Shown: positions 30,772 through 41,376, counted from the first letter of the stretch. The stretch is 64,000 bases of DNA from Halobacteriaceae archaeon (GCA_042216675.1 JBDGTS010000003.1:61477-125476), one strand, 5' to 3'. Translations and numbers: made by a program. The notes: generated by a model not told the origin, from the letters alone.

Positions 30772-31233
30772 ATGAGCCGCGAGCGAACCTTCGTGATGGT
30801 GAAGCCCGACGGCGTCCAACGGGGGCTCATCGGCGAAATCGTCTCGCGACTCGAAGAGCGCGGCCTGAAGATGGTCGGCGGCAAGTTCATGCGGATCGAC
30901 CGCGACCTCGCCGAAGAGCACTACGGCGAACACGAGGACAAACCCTTCTTCGAGGGTCTCGTGGACTTCATCACCAGTGGCCCGGTGTTCGCGATGGTGT
31001 GGGAGGGCCAGGACGCCACCCGGCAAGTGCGCAAGATGATGGGCGAGACGGACCCGGCCGAGTCAGCCCCCGGCACGATTCGGGGCGACTTCGGTCTGGA
31101 CCTCGGTCGCAACGTCATCCACGGCTCCGACCACGAGGACCCCGGCGCGAACGAGCGCGAAATCGCGTTGTTCTTCGACGAGGACGAACTCGTGGACTGG
31201 GACCGCGCCGACGAGGCGTGGCTCTACGAGTAG
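30772..31233 (+). CDS. ndk: nucleoside diphosphate kinase
   Basis: [25 protein letters not shown]. Confidence 0.97.
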   Translation: MSRERTFVMVKPDGVQRGLIGEIVSRLEERGLKMVGGKFMRIDRDLAEEHYGEHEDKPFFEGLVDFITSGPVFAMVWEGQDATRQVRKMMGETDPAESAPGTIRGDFGLDLGRNVIHGSDHEDPGANEREIALFFDEDELVDWDRADEAWLYE

Positions 31234-31276
31234 CGTAGGCACACTTTTGAAGGGGGGCCGACGATTACTGTCGGCC

Positions 31277-31624
31277 ATGAAGTGTTTCGTCTGCGGTCAG
31301 GTCGCACCGTCGTACCTGCTGGTCCCCTCGAACGTTCGCGACCCCGAGACGCTCCCCGGGGAGCAGGTCGACCTCTCGGCCGAACACGTCACCGAGGCGC
31401 TGTGTGGAGAGTGCGCCGAGGAGTACGTCCACGTCGCGGGCGAGGAGCGGACGCCCACCTGCATCTTCTGTGACGACCCCGGCGAGTACGACCTGTACCA
31501 CCTCGACGCCGACGTCCACGCCGGGTCGGAACTCGTGCCGACGGGACCGACGCTCGTCGCAAAAGACGTTCTGTGCGACGAACACCTCGACTCGCTCGAA
31601 GAAAAGTCGCCGGTCGGGGGGTAG
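31277..31624 (+). CDS. Cys-rich putative double zinc-finger protein
   Basis: CFVC, CGEC, CIFC, CDEH; TTTTGAA upstream. Confidence 0.7.
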   Translation: MKCFVCGQVAPSYLLVPSNVRDPETLPGEQVDLSAEHVTEALCGECAEEYVHVAGEERTPTCIFCDDPGEYDLYHLDADVHAGSELVPTGPTLVAKDVLCDEHLDSLEEKSPVGG

Positions 31625-32704
31625 TTACTCGGTCCGCACGTCGACGTCGCCGGCGTCGAGTTCGGCCTCGACTTCGCGGGCGGCGGTGACCATGTTCGCC
31701 ATCTTCTCGTAGGCCACTTCGCGCGGCAGGAGCTTCAGCCCGCAGTCCGGGGAGACGGTGAGTCGCTCCGGCGGGACGACTTCGAGACCGTACTCGATGT
31801 GCTCTTTGATTTCCGCGACGGACTCCACCGTCGCGTCGTGGGCGTCCACGACGCCCAGCGCGAGGTCCTTGTCGTTGCCGAAGGCCGGGTCCTTGAACAC
31901 GTCCAGTTGCTCGTAGTCGCCGTTGGCGAGTTCGAGGTCGAACTCGTCGACGGGGAAGTCCAGAATCTCCGGGTAGATGCGGGAGTAGTCGCCGTAGCAG
32001 ACGTGGAGGCCCGTGCGCACCTCGTCGGGGATACCCGCGACGATGCGCTCCAGACAGTCGCCGACGATGGCGTGGTCGTCCGGCGTCGTCGCCAGCGCCG
32101 GCTCGTCGATCTGGATGTAGCGGGCGCCGGCCTCGACGAGTGCCTCCACCTCGCGGTTCACGAGGTCCGCGAGGGCGTTCGCGAGTGCCTCGTCGTCCTC
32201 GTAGGCCTCGTTGAACGACCACGACGCGAGGGTGTAGGGTCCGGTGATGGGCACCTTCACCGGGCGCTCGGCCACGTCGTTCGTGAACTCGAACTCCTCG
32301 ACGAGCCAGTTCTCGTCGTACTCGACGTCGTCGACGACGCTGGGCTTGTCGAAGTAGTTGTGGCCCCACACCTTCACCGGGCCGTTGAACTCGTAGCCGG
32401 CGATGCGGTGGGCGAAGTACTCCACCATCTCGTTGCGCCGCATCTCGCCGTCGACGACGGTGTCGAGGCCGCTCCGCTCGTGTTCCTCGACGATGAGGCG
32501 GGCGGCGTCGTCCTTGGCCTCCGCCCACGCGTCGTCGCTGACGCGGAGGTCCGGGCGCGGCGGGTCGTCGCTCTGGGTCTCCTCGTGGAGTTCCCGGGAG
32601 CGGTCGAGCCACTTGGGCTTGGGGTAACTGCCGACGACGGTCGTAAGCAGGAAGTGTTCGTTGTCGTGGTCCGCCGGTCGGAACTGTTCGCGGGTGTCGC
32701 TCAT
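31625..32704 (-). CDS. metE: cobalamin-independent methionine synthase, catalytic (C-terminal-type) half
   Basis: TVVGSYPKP, DGEMRR, IQIDEP, HVCYG, PDCG. Confidence 0.9.
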   Translation of the reverse strand: MSDTREQFRPADHDNEHFLLTTVVGSYPKPKWLDRSRELHEETQSDDPPRPDLRVSDDAWAEAKDDAARLIVEEHERSGLDTVVDGEMRRNEMVEYFAHRIAGYEFNGPVKVWGHNYFDKPSVVDDVEYDENWLVEEFEFTNDVAERPVKVPITGPYTLASWSFNEAYEDDEALANALADLVNREVEALVEAGARYIQIDEPALATTPDDHAIVGDCLERIVAGIPDEVRTGLHVCYGDYSRIYPEILDFPVDEFDLELANGDYEQLDVFKDPAFGNDKDLALGVVDAHDATVESVAEIKEHIEYGLEVVPPERLTVSPDCGLKLLPREVAYEKMANMVTAAREVEAELDAGDVDVRTE

Positions 32705-33690
32705 GCGTCCACCTCCGTCGCGGCGCCGAGAGCGTGCAGTTTCTCCTCGAAGCGGTTCACGGGCAGGTAGAACAGTTCGGTGTTGGACGTGAGATACGCC
32801 GTCTCGGGCGTGGTGGCGTCCGGCAGGCGGTCCGCGAACCACGTCGCGCGCTCTTCGATGGTCTCCGGCGACTCGACCAGCGTGTTCTGCCCGTCGACGA
32901 GGCCGAGGGCCACGTCGTCGGTCGTGCCGTACTCCGCGACGAGTTCGGCGCTCTCCTCCGGTGCTGTCACGAGGTCGTAGCCAACGGCGTCCACGTCGGC
33001 GTCGAGGACGTGCGCGTGGACCCGTTCGTCGAAGGCCTCCCAGTAGGTGTGGACGACGACGTCTGCGTCGATGGCACCGGCCACCTCGTCGATGGCCTCG
33101 CTGACGCGTTCGTCGACGCCATCTTCGGGCGGTGCGGTGACGAGCGACGGGTCCGCGAGGAACAGCGTCTCCACCGCCTCGGGGAACGCCGCGGCCTCGC
33201 CGGCGAGGAATTCCGCGATGGCGTCGAGGAAGTCGGCCTCGTCGCCGTAGTGCTCGTCCGTCGCGAGGTCGGCCAGCGAGTAGGGGCCGGGGAGGACCGC
33301 CTGCAGGTCGTCGGTCAGTTCCGCGGCGGCGTCGAGTTCCGCGGCCACGTCGCCGTCGGACGTGAGGTCGCCCTCGACCACCGGCTCTCGGTAGAAGTTG
33401 TTGTTGTCGTAGTAGCGCACGATGCCCTCCGTCCGGACGTTGTCGTGGACGGTGAGGGGGTGTGCGAGCATGTCGTCCCAGCGGGCCTGCCCCTCGACGA
33501 CCCGGTCGAGGTCGGCCGCTCGCTGTTCGGCGACGAGGTCCGCGCGCACGTTCTCGTACACGTCGGTCACTGCGGGCGACTCGTCGCCGCTGACGAGGTC
33601 GCTCTTCTGGTGCCCCTTCAGGTCGCTGAGGGCCTCCTTGGCGTCGTCCGGGAGCGGATACAGCCCCGGTGTCGTGGCGACTAGTTCCAT
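32701..33690 (-). CDS. MetE N-terminal-half-like protein
   Basis: EGQARWDD, RYYDNNNFYREP, GLVDGQNT; TATA at ~33720 supports ATG 33690. Confidence 0.85.
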   Translation of the reverse strand: MELVATTPGLYPLPDDAKEALSDLKGHQKSDLVSGDESPAVTDVYENVRADLVAEQRAADLDRVVEGQARWDDMLAHPLTVHDNVRTEGIVRYYDNNNFYREPVVEGDLTSDGDVAAELDAAAELTDDLQAVLPGPYSLADLATDEHYGDEADFLDAIAEFLAGEAAAFPEAVETLFLADPSLVTAPPEDGVDERVSEAIDEVAGAIDADVVVHTYWEAFDERVHAHVLDADVDAVGYDLVTAPEESAELVAEYGTTDDVALGLVDGQNTLVESPETIEERATWFADRLPDATTPETAYLTSNTELFYLPVNRFEEKLHALGAATEVDA

Positions 33691-33744
33691 GTACGTCCAC
33701 TTCGCCATGCCGGAGCTTAATATTTTCCTTCCGGTCTGATTACC

Positions 33745-34320
33745 CTAGCGCATCAGCGCCAGCACGGTCAGCGTCTCGAAGGGGAACGACTCCTCGCGGA
33801 CCGCGGCAGCCGAAAAGCCGTTCTCGGCCCCGCGTTCGGTGACTTCCTCCACGCCGGTCAGCGTGCTGACGAGCAAGAGAACTTCCCCCTCCGGCGCGAG
33901 GACGCGCCCCACTCTGTCGAGAAACGGGTCCACGACGGCCCGCCCGGATTCGCCGCCCGTCAGCGCCACCTCCATCCAGTCGTCGCGGGCCGCCTCCTCG
34001 TCGGCGGGGAGATAGGGCGGATTGAACAGCACCCGGTCGAAGGCGCCGTCGCGGAACGGACCCACGAGGTCCGCCCGGACGGCCTGCAGGCCGCGTTCGC
34101 GGGCCGCCCGACAGGCGTGCGGGTTCACGTCCGCCGCAATCACGTCGGCGCTCGTCTCGTCGGCGACGCGCCCGGCGACGTAGCCGGACCCGGTCCCCAC
34201 GTCGAGTACCGTGTCGTCGTCGTGGACGCGGTCGACGGCCACTTCGGCCAGCAGGCGGGAGTCCTCCGCCGGCTGATACACCTCCGTCTCGACGTCTCTG
34301 CGCTCCGCGAGGTCGGTCAT
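33745..34320 (-). CDS. HemK2/Mtq2 family methyltransferase
   Basis: VYQPAEDS, LDVGTGSG, FNPPY. Confidence 0.9.
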   Translation of the reverse strand: MTDLAERRDVETEVYQPAEDSRLLAEVAVDRVHDDDTVLDVGTGSGYVAGRVADETSADVIAADVNPHACRAARERGLQAVRADLVGPFRDGAFDRVLFNPPYLPADEEAARDDWMEVALTGGESGRAVVDPFLDRVGRVLAPEGEVLLLVSTLTGVEEVTERGAENGFSAAAVREESFPFETLTVLALMR

Positions 34321-35420
34321 TCGTCCTCCACGCGGGCGTCGGCGACGCGGAAGCCGCCGGTTTCGGCGCGCCCGGACATCTCGCGCTGGGGGAACGGAAT
34401 CTTGATGTCTTCCTCGTCGAAGGCGGCCTTCACCTCTCGGATGACGGCCGTCCGGGCGCGCCAGCGCCGCCGGGCGCTCGGCTTGTCTATCCACACTCTG
34501 AGGCCCAGCACCACCGCCGAGTCGCCAAAGGACTTGGCGACGACCTGTGGCTGCGGGACCGAGAGGATTTTCTCCACGTTCCGGAGCGCACCCTCCGCCA
34601 CGTCCATCGCCCTGTCGAGGTCCGTGGCGTAGTCCACGCCGACCTCTATCTGGAGGCGCAAGCGCCCCTTCCGCGAGCGGTTGACGACTTCGTTCGAGGC
34701 CACGAGGTCGTTTGGCACCATCACGTATTCGCCGTCGAACGTCTGGATGCGCGTGTTGACGATGGTGATGTCCGTAACGACGCCCTCGTTCTCGCCGACG
34801 ACCACCCAGTCGCCGATTTCGAACGGGCGCGAGAACATCAACACGAATCCGGCGAGGAGGGCGCCGAGCGTCTGCCGCGCCGCCATGCCGACGACGATGC
34901 CGAGGAAGCCCGCGCCGACCAGCAGGCCGCCGAGGTTCACGCCCCAGATGCTCAACACGACGATGAGCGCGAACGCGTACAGCGTCACCTGCCCGGTGCG
35001 GAAGGCGACCTCTATCTGGTGTTTCGAGATGCCCTGTCGGCCCTCGGCGAACTCCGACATCCCCCGGCGGACGAGGCGCGTAACGACGTAGACGGCGGAG
35101 AACAACACGAGAGTGAGGACCGCTTGCGCGCCGAACAGCCAGCCCCGCGTCTTGATCTGTGAGAGCGTGGCGCTGACGCCGGGACTCGCCGCCCAGACCC
35201 GGAGCAGGACGGCGCTCGCCAGCACCGTCGCCCCGAGAATCAGGACGCCGGCCGCGGCGTTGGCGGCGCCGACGCCGATTCGCTCGCGGGCCCAGTCCAG
35301 CGACCGGCGGACGAGCCAGATGACCGCGGCGAGCGACACCGCGACGACGGCGGAGGCGACGATGCGGTCCGCCGGCGTCGCGACGAACTGATCCAGAAGC
35401 GAGAGGGCCGAGTCGAACAT
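34317..35420 (-). CDS. mscS: mechanosensitive channel MscS family
   Basis: RPFEIGDWV, VPN, IPFPQR plus N-terminal TMs. Confidence 0.9.
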   Translation of the reverse strand: MFDSALSLLDQFVATPADRIVASAVVAVSLAAVIWLVRRSLDWARERIGVGAANAAAGVLILGATVLASAVLLRVWAASPGVSATLSQIKTRGWLFGAQAVLTLVLFSAVYVVTRLVRRGMSEFAEGRQGISKHQIEVAFRTGQVTLYAFALIVVLSIWGVNLGGLLVGAGFLGIVVGMAARQTLGALLAGFVLMFSRPFEIGDWVVVGENEGVVTDITIVNTRIQTFDGEYVMVPNDLVASNEVVNRSRKGRLRLQIEVGVDYATDLDRAMDVAEGALRNVEKILSVPQPQVVAKSFGDSAVVLGLRVWIDKPSARRRWRARTAVIREVKAAFDEEDIKIPFPQREMSGRAETGGFRVADARVEDE

Positions 35421-35423
35421 GCC

Positions 35424-36245
35424 TCAGTTCCCGACGGCGTCCGCTGTCGTCGCTACGGCGGCGAACTCGGCGGGTGCGAGCGACCCCGGTCGCCGCGACA
35501 GCGTCTCCTCGTCGAGCGCTTCCACCACCGCCTCGGGCGCCTCCAATCCCGAGATGTGTGCGGTGTTCCGCACGGCGTTCCGGAGCGTCTTCCGGCGTTG
35601 CGTGAACAGCGCCTTCACGAAGTCGAGGAAGAAGTCCTCGTCGTCCACCTCGTAGTCGGGGGTTCGCGGCGTCAGCGAGACGACGGCGCTGTCCACCCGT
35701 GGCTGAGGGTCGAACGCCGCTCTGGGCACCGTCTCCACCACCTCGACGGACGCGTAGTGCTGGGCCGCGACGGAGAGGCGGCCGTACTCGGACGTGTCCG
35801 GGTCGGCGGCCATCCGTTCGGCGAACTCCCGCTGGTACATGAGGCACAGCGGCTTCCCGCGCGGAAGCAGGCGGAACGTGATTTCACTGGAGATGCTGTA
35901 CGGCAGATTTGACACCGACACGTCGAAGTCCGGCAGGGCCACGTCGAGAGCGTCGCCCTCGATGACGGTGAGTGCGCCGGCAGTCCGTTCGTCGGCGAAC
36001 TCCTCGCGGAGGAACGCCGCGAAGTCCGGGTCACGCTCCACCGCCGTCACGTGGCCGGCGTCGGCGAGCAGGCGGTCCGTGAGCGCACCCGTGCCGGCGC
36101 CGATTTCGAGGACGTGTTGCCCCTCGACGTCGGCGTACGTCGGAATGCGGTCCAGCACCCGGTCGTCCACGAGGAAATGCTGGTCGTAGTTCGGATTCCC
36201 GGAGCCCGCACGAGCGATGAGGGCGTCCGGGTCGCGAGTCGTCAT
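35424..36245 (-). CDS. ksgA: 16S rRNA dimethyladenosine transferase
   Basis: QHFLVD, EIGAGTG, SNLPY, FTQRRK. Confidence 0.93.
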   Translation of the reverse strand: MTTRDPDALIARAGSGNPNYDQHFLVDDRVLDRIPTYADVEGQHVLEIGAGTGALTDRLLADAGHVTAVERDPDFAAFLREEFADERTAGALTVIEGDALDVALPDFDVSVSNLPYSISSEITFRLLPRGKPLCLMYQREFAERMAADPDTSEYGRLSVAAQHYASVEVVETVPRAAFDPQPRVDSAVVSLTPRTPDYEVDDEDFFLDFVKALFTQRRKTLRNAVRNTAHISGLEAPEAVVEALDEETLSRRPGSLAPAEFAAVATTADAVGN

Positions 36246-36277
36246 TAGCATCTATTCGAGAGAGAGACGGGTAAAGC

Positions 36278-36847
36278 CTACGGGGACTCGACGAAGGTGT
36301 GATACTTCACGTCCTCGCCGCGCAGTTCCTCTAAGATGCGCTCGACGATTTTCTCCTTTGCGTCGTGAAGGCCGTCCACGCGCGATTCCACGTCCTCGAA
36401 GGAGTCAAACGGGCTGCGCTTTCGCTCGTCGAGGACGGCGTTCCGGAGAGTGTCACCGATGCCCGGCAGGAGGTCCAGTTGGTGGAGGCGGAGCGTGATG
36501 GGTTGGGCGTCGTTGTAGTAGTCGACGAATCGCTCTTCGTCGGCCTCGACGATTTCGGCGACAGCGTACTCCAGTTCGGACTGGGCGCCGCCGGTTAGGT
36601 CGTCGTATCCGATTTCGTTCACGTCCGTGATGCCCTCGTCGCGTTCGTTGGGCGGCGAGACGACCACTCGGTCGCCGATGGTGATGCCGCTGTCGTCCGC
36701 GAGCGACATCTCGAAGCACCGAAACGACTGAATCCCGAGGGCGAGCGCGACCGGCGACCGCTGGTACTGCGGACGCTCGTCTTCGGAGCGGCCGCGCGGG
36801 AGGAAATCGAGGACGACGGCCCTGACCGCGCTCTCGTCATCACTCAT
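36278..36847 (-). CDS. DUF655 family putative RNA-binding protein
   Basis: RLHQLDLLPGIG HhH motif, PFDSFED; conserved rpoF-ksgA context. Confidence 0.85.
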   Translation of the reverse strand: MSDDESAVRAVVLDFLPRGRSEDERPQYQRSPVALALGIQSFRCFEMSLADDSGITIGDRVVVSPPNERDEGITDVNEIGYDDLTGGAQSELEYAVAEIVEADEERFVDYYNDAQPITLRLHQLDLLPGIGDTLRNAVLDERKRSPFDSFEDVESRVDGLHDAKEKIVERILEELRGEDVKYHTFVESP

Positions 36848-36885
36848 ACCCACCCGTACGCCGACGCCGAACTTAAAAAGTCGCC

Positions 36886-37239
36886 TCAGGCGTACTTGAC
36901 GATGACGTCGAGAATCTCGTCGAGTTCGTCAGCAGAGAGGGAGAACCGCTCCTGCGCGTAGACGGCCCGGAGTTCGTCACGGCTCTGGGGCAGGAGGTCC
37001 GCGAGCTTGTACGCCGTCTTCTCCTCGACCTTTTCGAGGGCGGCGAGTTCCTCGACCAGTTCCGCCGCCTCCTCGGGTTCGAGGGTGGCGAAGCGGTTGG
37101 TGTGGTCGATGGCGCGAGCGAGTTCGTAGCGCAGTTCGCGCTCGTCGGCCGCGCGCTCGGCCTCCACGTCGGCGAGGACGCGTTTGGCCTCCGCGACCGT
37201 CACGAACTCCTCGCTGACTTTCTCCTTGAAGATGGTCAT
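36886..37239 (-). CDS. rpoF: RNA polymerase subunit F (Rpo4)
   Basis: [22 protein letters not shown]. Confidence 0.92.
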   Translation of the reverse strand: MTIFKEKVSEEFVTVAEAKRVLADVEAERAADERELRYELARAIDHTNRFATLEPEEAAELVEELAALEKVEEKTAYKLADLLPQSRDELRAVYAQERFSLSADELDEILDVIVKYA

Positions 37240-37529
37240 TCCTGCTGTGCGCGGATGTGAGCGGGCTTGACGATGAGCGTCTTCGTCTTCCCGCTGTCGT
37301 CGACTTCGACCTTGTAGGCCGCACCCTGCTCACCGACGACGACGCCGGTCTTCCCGTTGAACTTGGGGTGGAAGCGCCCGTCGGGGACGCTGGGGTCGAT
37401 TTTGACGTGGACCTTCTCGCCTTCCTCGAAGGTCTCGACCGCGCGCTGGGGCGGGGACGTACCCCGCTCTCGCGGGTCGTTCTTCAACTTCCCTTTCGTC
37501 TTCTTGAGGGGCCCGTCGGAACTCGGCAT
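37236..37529 (-). CDS. rpl21e: 50S ribosomal protein L21e
   Basis: [24 protein letters not shown]. Confidence 0.95.
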   Translation of the reverse strand: MPSSDGPLKKTKGKLKNDPRERGTSPPQRAVETFEEGEKVHVKIDPSVPDGRFHPKFNGKTGVVVGEQGAAYKVEVDDSGKTKTLIVKPAHIRAQQE

Positions 37530-37580
37530 GTGACCTTCGTAGCCGCGACGGCCTAATAAAACGTGCGTTCCGCGACCGGA

Positions 37581-37847
37581 TTACAGGCGACCGACGCTCT
37601 CGACGGAGACGCTCTCGACGTCTTCCACGTCGCGGAAGGCCTCCTCGACGGCCTCGGTGCCGCCGGCTTCGTCGGCGACGATGACGGTCGGGAGCAGTGC
37701 GACGAGGCCGAAGGCCACGTCGTCACGCTCGAAGCCCTGAATCTCGGCGCCCTCGGGGAGCGAGTCGGCGAGACGCTCCTCGAGTTCGTCGAGGTCGATT
37801 TCCGGGTTCTGCGGCATGACCTTGAGTTGCGCGGCGACTTTCCCCAT
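37581..37847 (-). CDS. ef1b: translation elongation factor aEF-1 beta
   Basis: [19 protein letters not shown]. Confidence 0.93.
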   Translation of the reverse strand: MGKVAAQLKVMPQNPEIDLDELEERLADSLPEGAEIQGFERDDVAFGLVALLPTVIVADEAGGTEAVEEAFRDVEDVESVSVESVGRL

Positions 37848-37849
37848 CG

Positions 37850-38032
37850 TTAGGGCCCCCGGAAACCACAGTCAGGACACTCGTAGAGGTTGCTCTGCTT
37901 GCGGCACTTCGCACAGCGGTAGATGCCGTGGCCGCACTTCGGGCAGTCGAACGCCGCGGCGTTCGTGCCGGAAATGTTGATCCCACAGGAGATACACCGG
38001 CGTTCGGTGGTCGTGGTGTCGCTCTCGCTCAT
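37850..38032 (-). CDS. HVO_2753-type small zinc-finger protein
   Basis: [25 protein letters not shown]; upstream of ef1b. Confidence 0.9.
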   Translation of the reverse strand: MSESDTTTTERRCISCGINISGTNAAAFDCPKCGHGIYRCAKCRKQSNLYECPDCGFRGP

Positions 38033-38139
38033 ACCCCTGTTTCCGTCTCGCGGGTTTTAACGGTTGTCAAATGCCCCGGGGTCGGCGCGCCCGCCCCGCA
38101 TCGCGTGGGTTTAAACGCCGTCGCCGGCTACCAGCGTCC

Positions 38140-38979
38140 ATGACAGAGGACACCGGCTGGTTCGAGGGGGTGGCGCCCGGCGACGCCGCGGCCGGCGCCG
38201 ACCGAATCGAGTCCGGTCGGGCCGACGCGCCCGCCGACTGGCCCGCCCGAGCGGTCGCCGCGGGGTTCGCCGAGGACGAGGCCGACTACTACAGCACGCT
38301 CCACGACGTGGCCGTGGAAGCGACGCGCGAGGCGGTCACGGCCGCCGAATCCGCCGACGACAGGCAACTCGTGCACGCCGTTCGTGCCATGGACGACGCC
38401 GCGAGCGCCGCGAACGAACTCGCGGAACGCGTCGGCGAGTGGGCGGGGACCCGCGACGCGGATGCCGACACGACCATCGCGTACGCCCGGTCGCTGGCCA
38501 ACCGTGACCCCGAGGACGCCGTGGACCGCCGCCTCGTCTCGCTGGCGGCCCGCGTCGCGGCACTCGCCGACGAGCGAGACGACCTGCGCGCGTTCGTCGA
38601 GCGACGCGCCCCGGAGGTGGCTCCCAATCTGACCGCCCTCGCCGGCCCGGTGCTGGCGGCTCGTCTCGTCGCACTCGCGGGTGGACTGGAGGACCTCGCG
38701 AAGATGCCCAGTGGCACCGTGCAGGTACTTGGAGCCGAGGACGCCCTCTTCGCACACCTCCGTGGCGAGGCGCCCTCCCCGAAGCACGGCGTCATCTTCA
38801 CGCACGAGTACGTCCGCGACACTCGCGCGGAGGACCGCGGCTCGGCGGCCCGAGCGCTCGCCGGCAAACTCTCTATTGCGGCCCGCATCGACCACTACGC
38901 AGGCGACAGGCGCCCCGAACTCGAAGCCGAACTGGACGAGCGAATCGCCACCATCCGCGCCCGGGGTGACGACGAATGA
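38140..38979 (+). CDS. nop5: Nop5/Nop56-58 C/D RNP protein
   Basis: APNL, TVQVLGAEDALF, PKHGVIF, ARID. Confidence 0.93.
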   Translation: MTEDTGWFEGVAPGDAAAGADRIESGRADAPADWPARAVAAGFAEDEADYYSTLHDVAVEATREAVTAAESADDRQLVHAVRAMDDAASAANELAERVGEWAGTRDADADTTIAYARSLANRDPEDAVDRRLVSLAARVAALADERDDLRAFVERRAPEVAPNLTALAGPVLAARLVALAGGLEDLAKMPSGTVQVLGAEDALFAHLRGEAPSPKHGVIFTHEYVRDTRAEDRGSAARALAGKLSIAARIDHYAGDRRPELEAELDERIATIRARGDDE

Positions 38980-39605
38980 CGCTCCCCGACGGCGTCGAGC
39001 GACACGAGTTCGACGGCGAGGAGAGCGTCGCGACGCGCGGCGACCCCGTCTACGGCGAACCGACCGACGGCCCGTGGCGGCGCTGGGACCCCCACCGCTC
39101 GAAACTCGGCGCGGCCCTCGAACTGGGCGTCGAGACTGGCCTCGAACACGGCGCGGGCGTCCTCTATCTCGGTGCCGCGAGCGGAACCACCGTCAGTCAC
39201 GTCGCGGACGTGGCCGGACCCACCTACGCCGTCGAGTTCGCGCCGCGCCCGGCGCGGGACTTGCTCGACGCCGCGGCGTCTCGACCCAATCTTTTCCCAC
39301 TCCTCAAAGACGCGCGCCGCCCCGAGACGTACGCGCACGTCGTCGAGGCGGACCTCGACCTGTTGGTGCAGGACGTGGCGACGCGCGGGCAGGCCCGCGT
39401 CGCCGTCGAGAACCGACAGTTCCTCGCCGACGACGCCACCCTCGTCGCGGCCATCAAGGCCAGAAGCGAGGACGTGACCCGCGACCCCGAGGACGTGTTC
39501 GCGGACGCACTCGACACGCTGGAGGCGGCGTACGAAATCGAGGACGCCCAACGGCTCGACCGCTACCACGTGGACCACCTGCTCGTCGTCGCCACGCCGC
39601 GCTGA
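38976..39605 (+). CDS. flpA: fibrillarin 2'-O-methyltransferase
   Basis: RSKLGAA, VLYLGAASGTTVSHVAD, YAVEF. Confidence 0.95.
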   Translation: MTLPDGVERHEFDGEESVATRGDPVYGEPTDGPWRRWDPHRSKLGAALELGVETGLEHGAGVLYLGAASGTTVSHVADVAGPTYAVEFAPRPARDLLDAAASRPNLFPLLKDARRPETYAHVVEADLDLLVQDVATRGQARVAVENRQFLADDATLVAAIKARSEDVTRDPEDVFADALDTLEAAYEIEDAQRLDRYHVDHLLVVATPR

Positions 39606-39648
39606 GTGGCGCAACGGGTAAATGTCTGCGTGCCAAACAGTACCAATA

Positions 39649-39742
39649 GGCCACCCGGGACTCGCGGGGCACAGACGCCGCCGGCACGGCGTGTCGAGTC
39701 ATGGTTGGCCTGCCGGCGGCGTGAGAGCGTCCCGGGTCGGCC
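39649..39742. ncRNA. candidate structured RNA (long interrupted hairpin)
   Basis: 39653-61/39729-37 (9 bp) and 39675-86/39711-22 (12 bp) perfect stems, closed by GGCC/GGCC. Confidence 0.45.
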
Positions 39743-39813
39743 GGCATATGCTTTCTGGAGGCACGACCCTGCGTCCGGAACTATTTATTGTACCCCCGCG
39801 GAACCAACGGGCG

Positions 39814-40881
39814 ATGGGTTCGGCTGACGCGTTCACCGAGTTCGGGACGCTCGGCATCGAGGAGGAGTTCTTCGTCGTGGACGCGGCGGGCCGGCCGACG
39901 GCGGGGACCGACAAACTGGTGTACGGGAGCGACCCGCCCGCGCCGCTGGCGGGCCGTCTCGACCACGAACTGTTCAAGTGCGTCATCGAGACGCAGACGC
40001 CCACCCTCGACGGGCCGGCGGAGGCACGCGACGCCCTGATCGAGGTTCGGGAGGCGTTAGTGGACCACGCGACTGCCCACGGCTACGACGTCGCGGCGGC
40101 GGGTCTCCATCCCGCCGCCCGGTGGCGTGAACTCGAACACGCCGAGAAGCCCCGCTATCGCGCCCAACTCGACCGGATTCAGTATCCACAGCATCGGAAC
40201 ACCACGACGGGCCTCCACGTCCACGTCGGCGTCGACGACCCGGACAAGGCAGTCTGGGTCGCCAACGAGATTCGCTGGCACCTCCCAGTGATGCTGGCGC
40301 TCTCCGCGAACTCGCCGTACTGGAACGGCTTCGACACGGGCCTGCAGTCCGCCCGCGCCAAGATATTCGAGGCCCTCCCCAACACCGGGATGCCGACCGC
40401 GTTCGACTCCTACGACGACTTCGCCGAGGTGGAGGAACTGATGGTCGAGACGGGGTCGATAAACGACCGCGGCGAACTGTGGTGGGACGTGCGTCCCCAC
40501 TCCGAGCACGGCACCGTCGAGGTGCGGACCCCCGACGCGCAGGCGGACCCGGACCGGGTCCACGCTTTCGTCGAGTACGTCCACGCCCTCGTCGTGGACC
40601 TCGCGGAGCGATACGAGGACGGCGAGTCGGGGCGACGGCTCCGCCGGGAACTTCTCGACGAGAACAAGTGGCGCGCGATGCGCCACGGCCACGACGCCTC
40701 GTTCATCCGGCGTGACCGGGATGGGGTCGTGGACCTCGGCACCGTCGTGGACCGGGTTGCCGACCGCCTCGACCTCACCGGTATCCGGAAGCTATACGCG
40801 CGCGAGAGCGGCGCGCAGCGCCAACGCCGCCTCCGCGAGGAGGAGGGGCCCGAGGCCCTGTACGACTCACTCCGGCTGTAG
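39814..40881 (+). CDS. gshA: glutamate--cysteine ligase (GCS2 family)
   Basis: TLGIEEE, GLHVHVG, SANSPYW, WWDVRP..HGTVEVR. Confidence 0.9.
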   Translation: MGSADAFTEFGTLGIEEEFFVVDAAGRPTAGTDKLVYGSDPPAPLAGRLDHELFKCVIETQTPTLDGPAEARDALIEVREALVDHATAHGYDVAAAGLHPAARWRELEHAEKPRYRAQLDRIQYPQHRNTTTGLHVHVGVDDPDKAVWVANEIRWHLPVMLALSANSPYWNGFDTGLQSARAKIFEALPNTGMPTAFDSYDDFAEVEELMVETGSINDRGELWWDVRPHSEHGTVEVRTPDAQADPDRVHAFVEYVHALVVDLAERYEDGESGRRLRRELLDENKWRAMRHGHDASFIRRDRDGVVDLGTVVDRVADRLDLTGIRKLYARESGAQRQRRLREEEGPEALYDSLRL

Positions 40882-40926
40882 CGAAGGTTTTTGTGTCCGA
40901 GTTGCTTGTGTCCCACCAGAAACGAC

Positions 40927-41376
40927 ATGTCCCGGGACCACTCGGACGCTGACGACACCGACCGGGCCGGTTCGGAGTTCGACGAGCGAGCGGTCGACAT
41001 CTTGTCGTGGCTCCTCGACACCGAAACCCGGGCCCGCATCTACGTCCATCTCCACGAGGAACCGTGGAGCACGAGCGAGGAAGTCGCAACCGGCACCGGT
41101 CTGTATCCGAGCACGGTGCGCGAAGCGCTCGCCTCGATGGCCGAGGACGGCGTCCTCTCGCGCCGGAAGCGCGAGAGTGAGGGTGCCGGCAACAACCCCT
41201 ACGAGTACCGGGCCATCCCGCCGAGCGACCTCGTCCGCGACACCGTCGGCGACGTGCAGGCGCAACTGAACACGCTCTGCAACCTCGACTCGCTGTCGGG
41301 TGAGGAGCGCGAGTCGGAGTCCGAACCCGTACACATCGAGGTCGAGAGCGGCGACGACGACGCGAACCCGAACTGA
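40927..41376 (+). CDS. HTH transcriptional regulator
   Basis: TSEEVATGTGLYPSTVREAL wHTH, GNNPYEY. Confidence 0.85.
   Translation: MSRDHSDADDTDRAGSEFDERAVDILSWLLDTETRARIYVHLHEEPWSTSEEVATGTGLYPSTVREALASMAEDGVLSRRKRESEGAGNNPYEYRAIPPSDLVRDTVGDVQAQLNTLCNLDSLSGEERESESEPVHIEVESGDDDANPN

Noticed and set aside
31625-33690. Split or frameshifted metE
   Set aside because: Two tandem half-size MetE-like genes are normal in haloarchaea, and both are intact.
33745-35847. 700-aa methyltransferase fusion, and similar long N-terminal extensions (31625-33700, 18405-19739, 19886-21520)
   Set aside because: The extensions are out-of-frame read-through of neighbouring genes; the true starts overlap the upstream stops.
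38140-38979. Truncated nop5
   Set aside because: Short Nop5 is usual in haloarchaea; the Nop domain motifs are intact.
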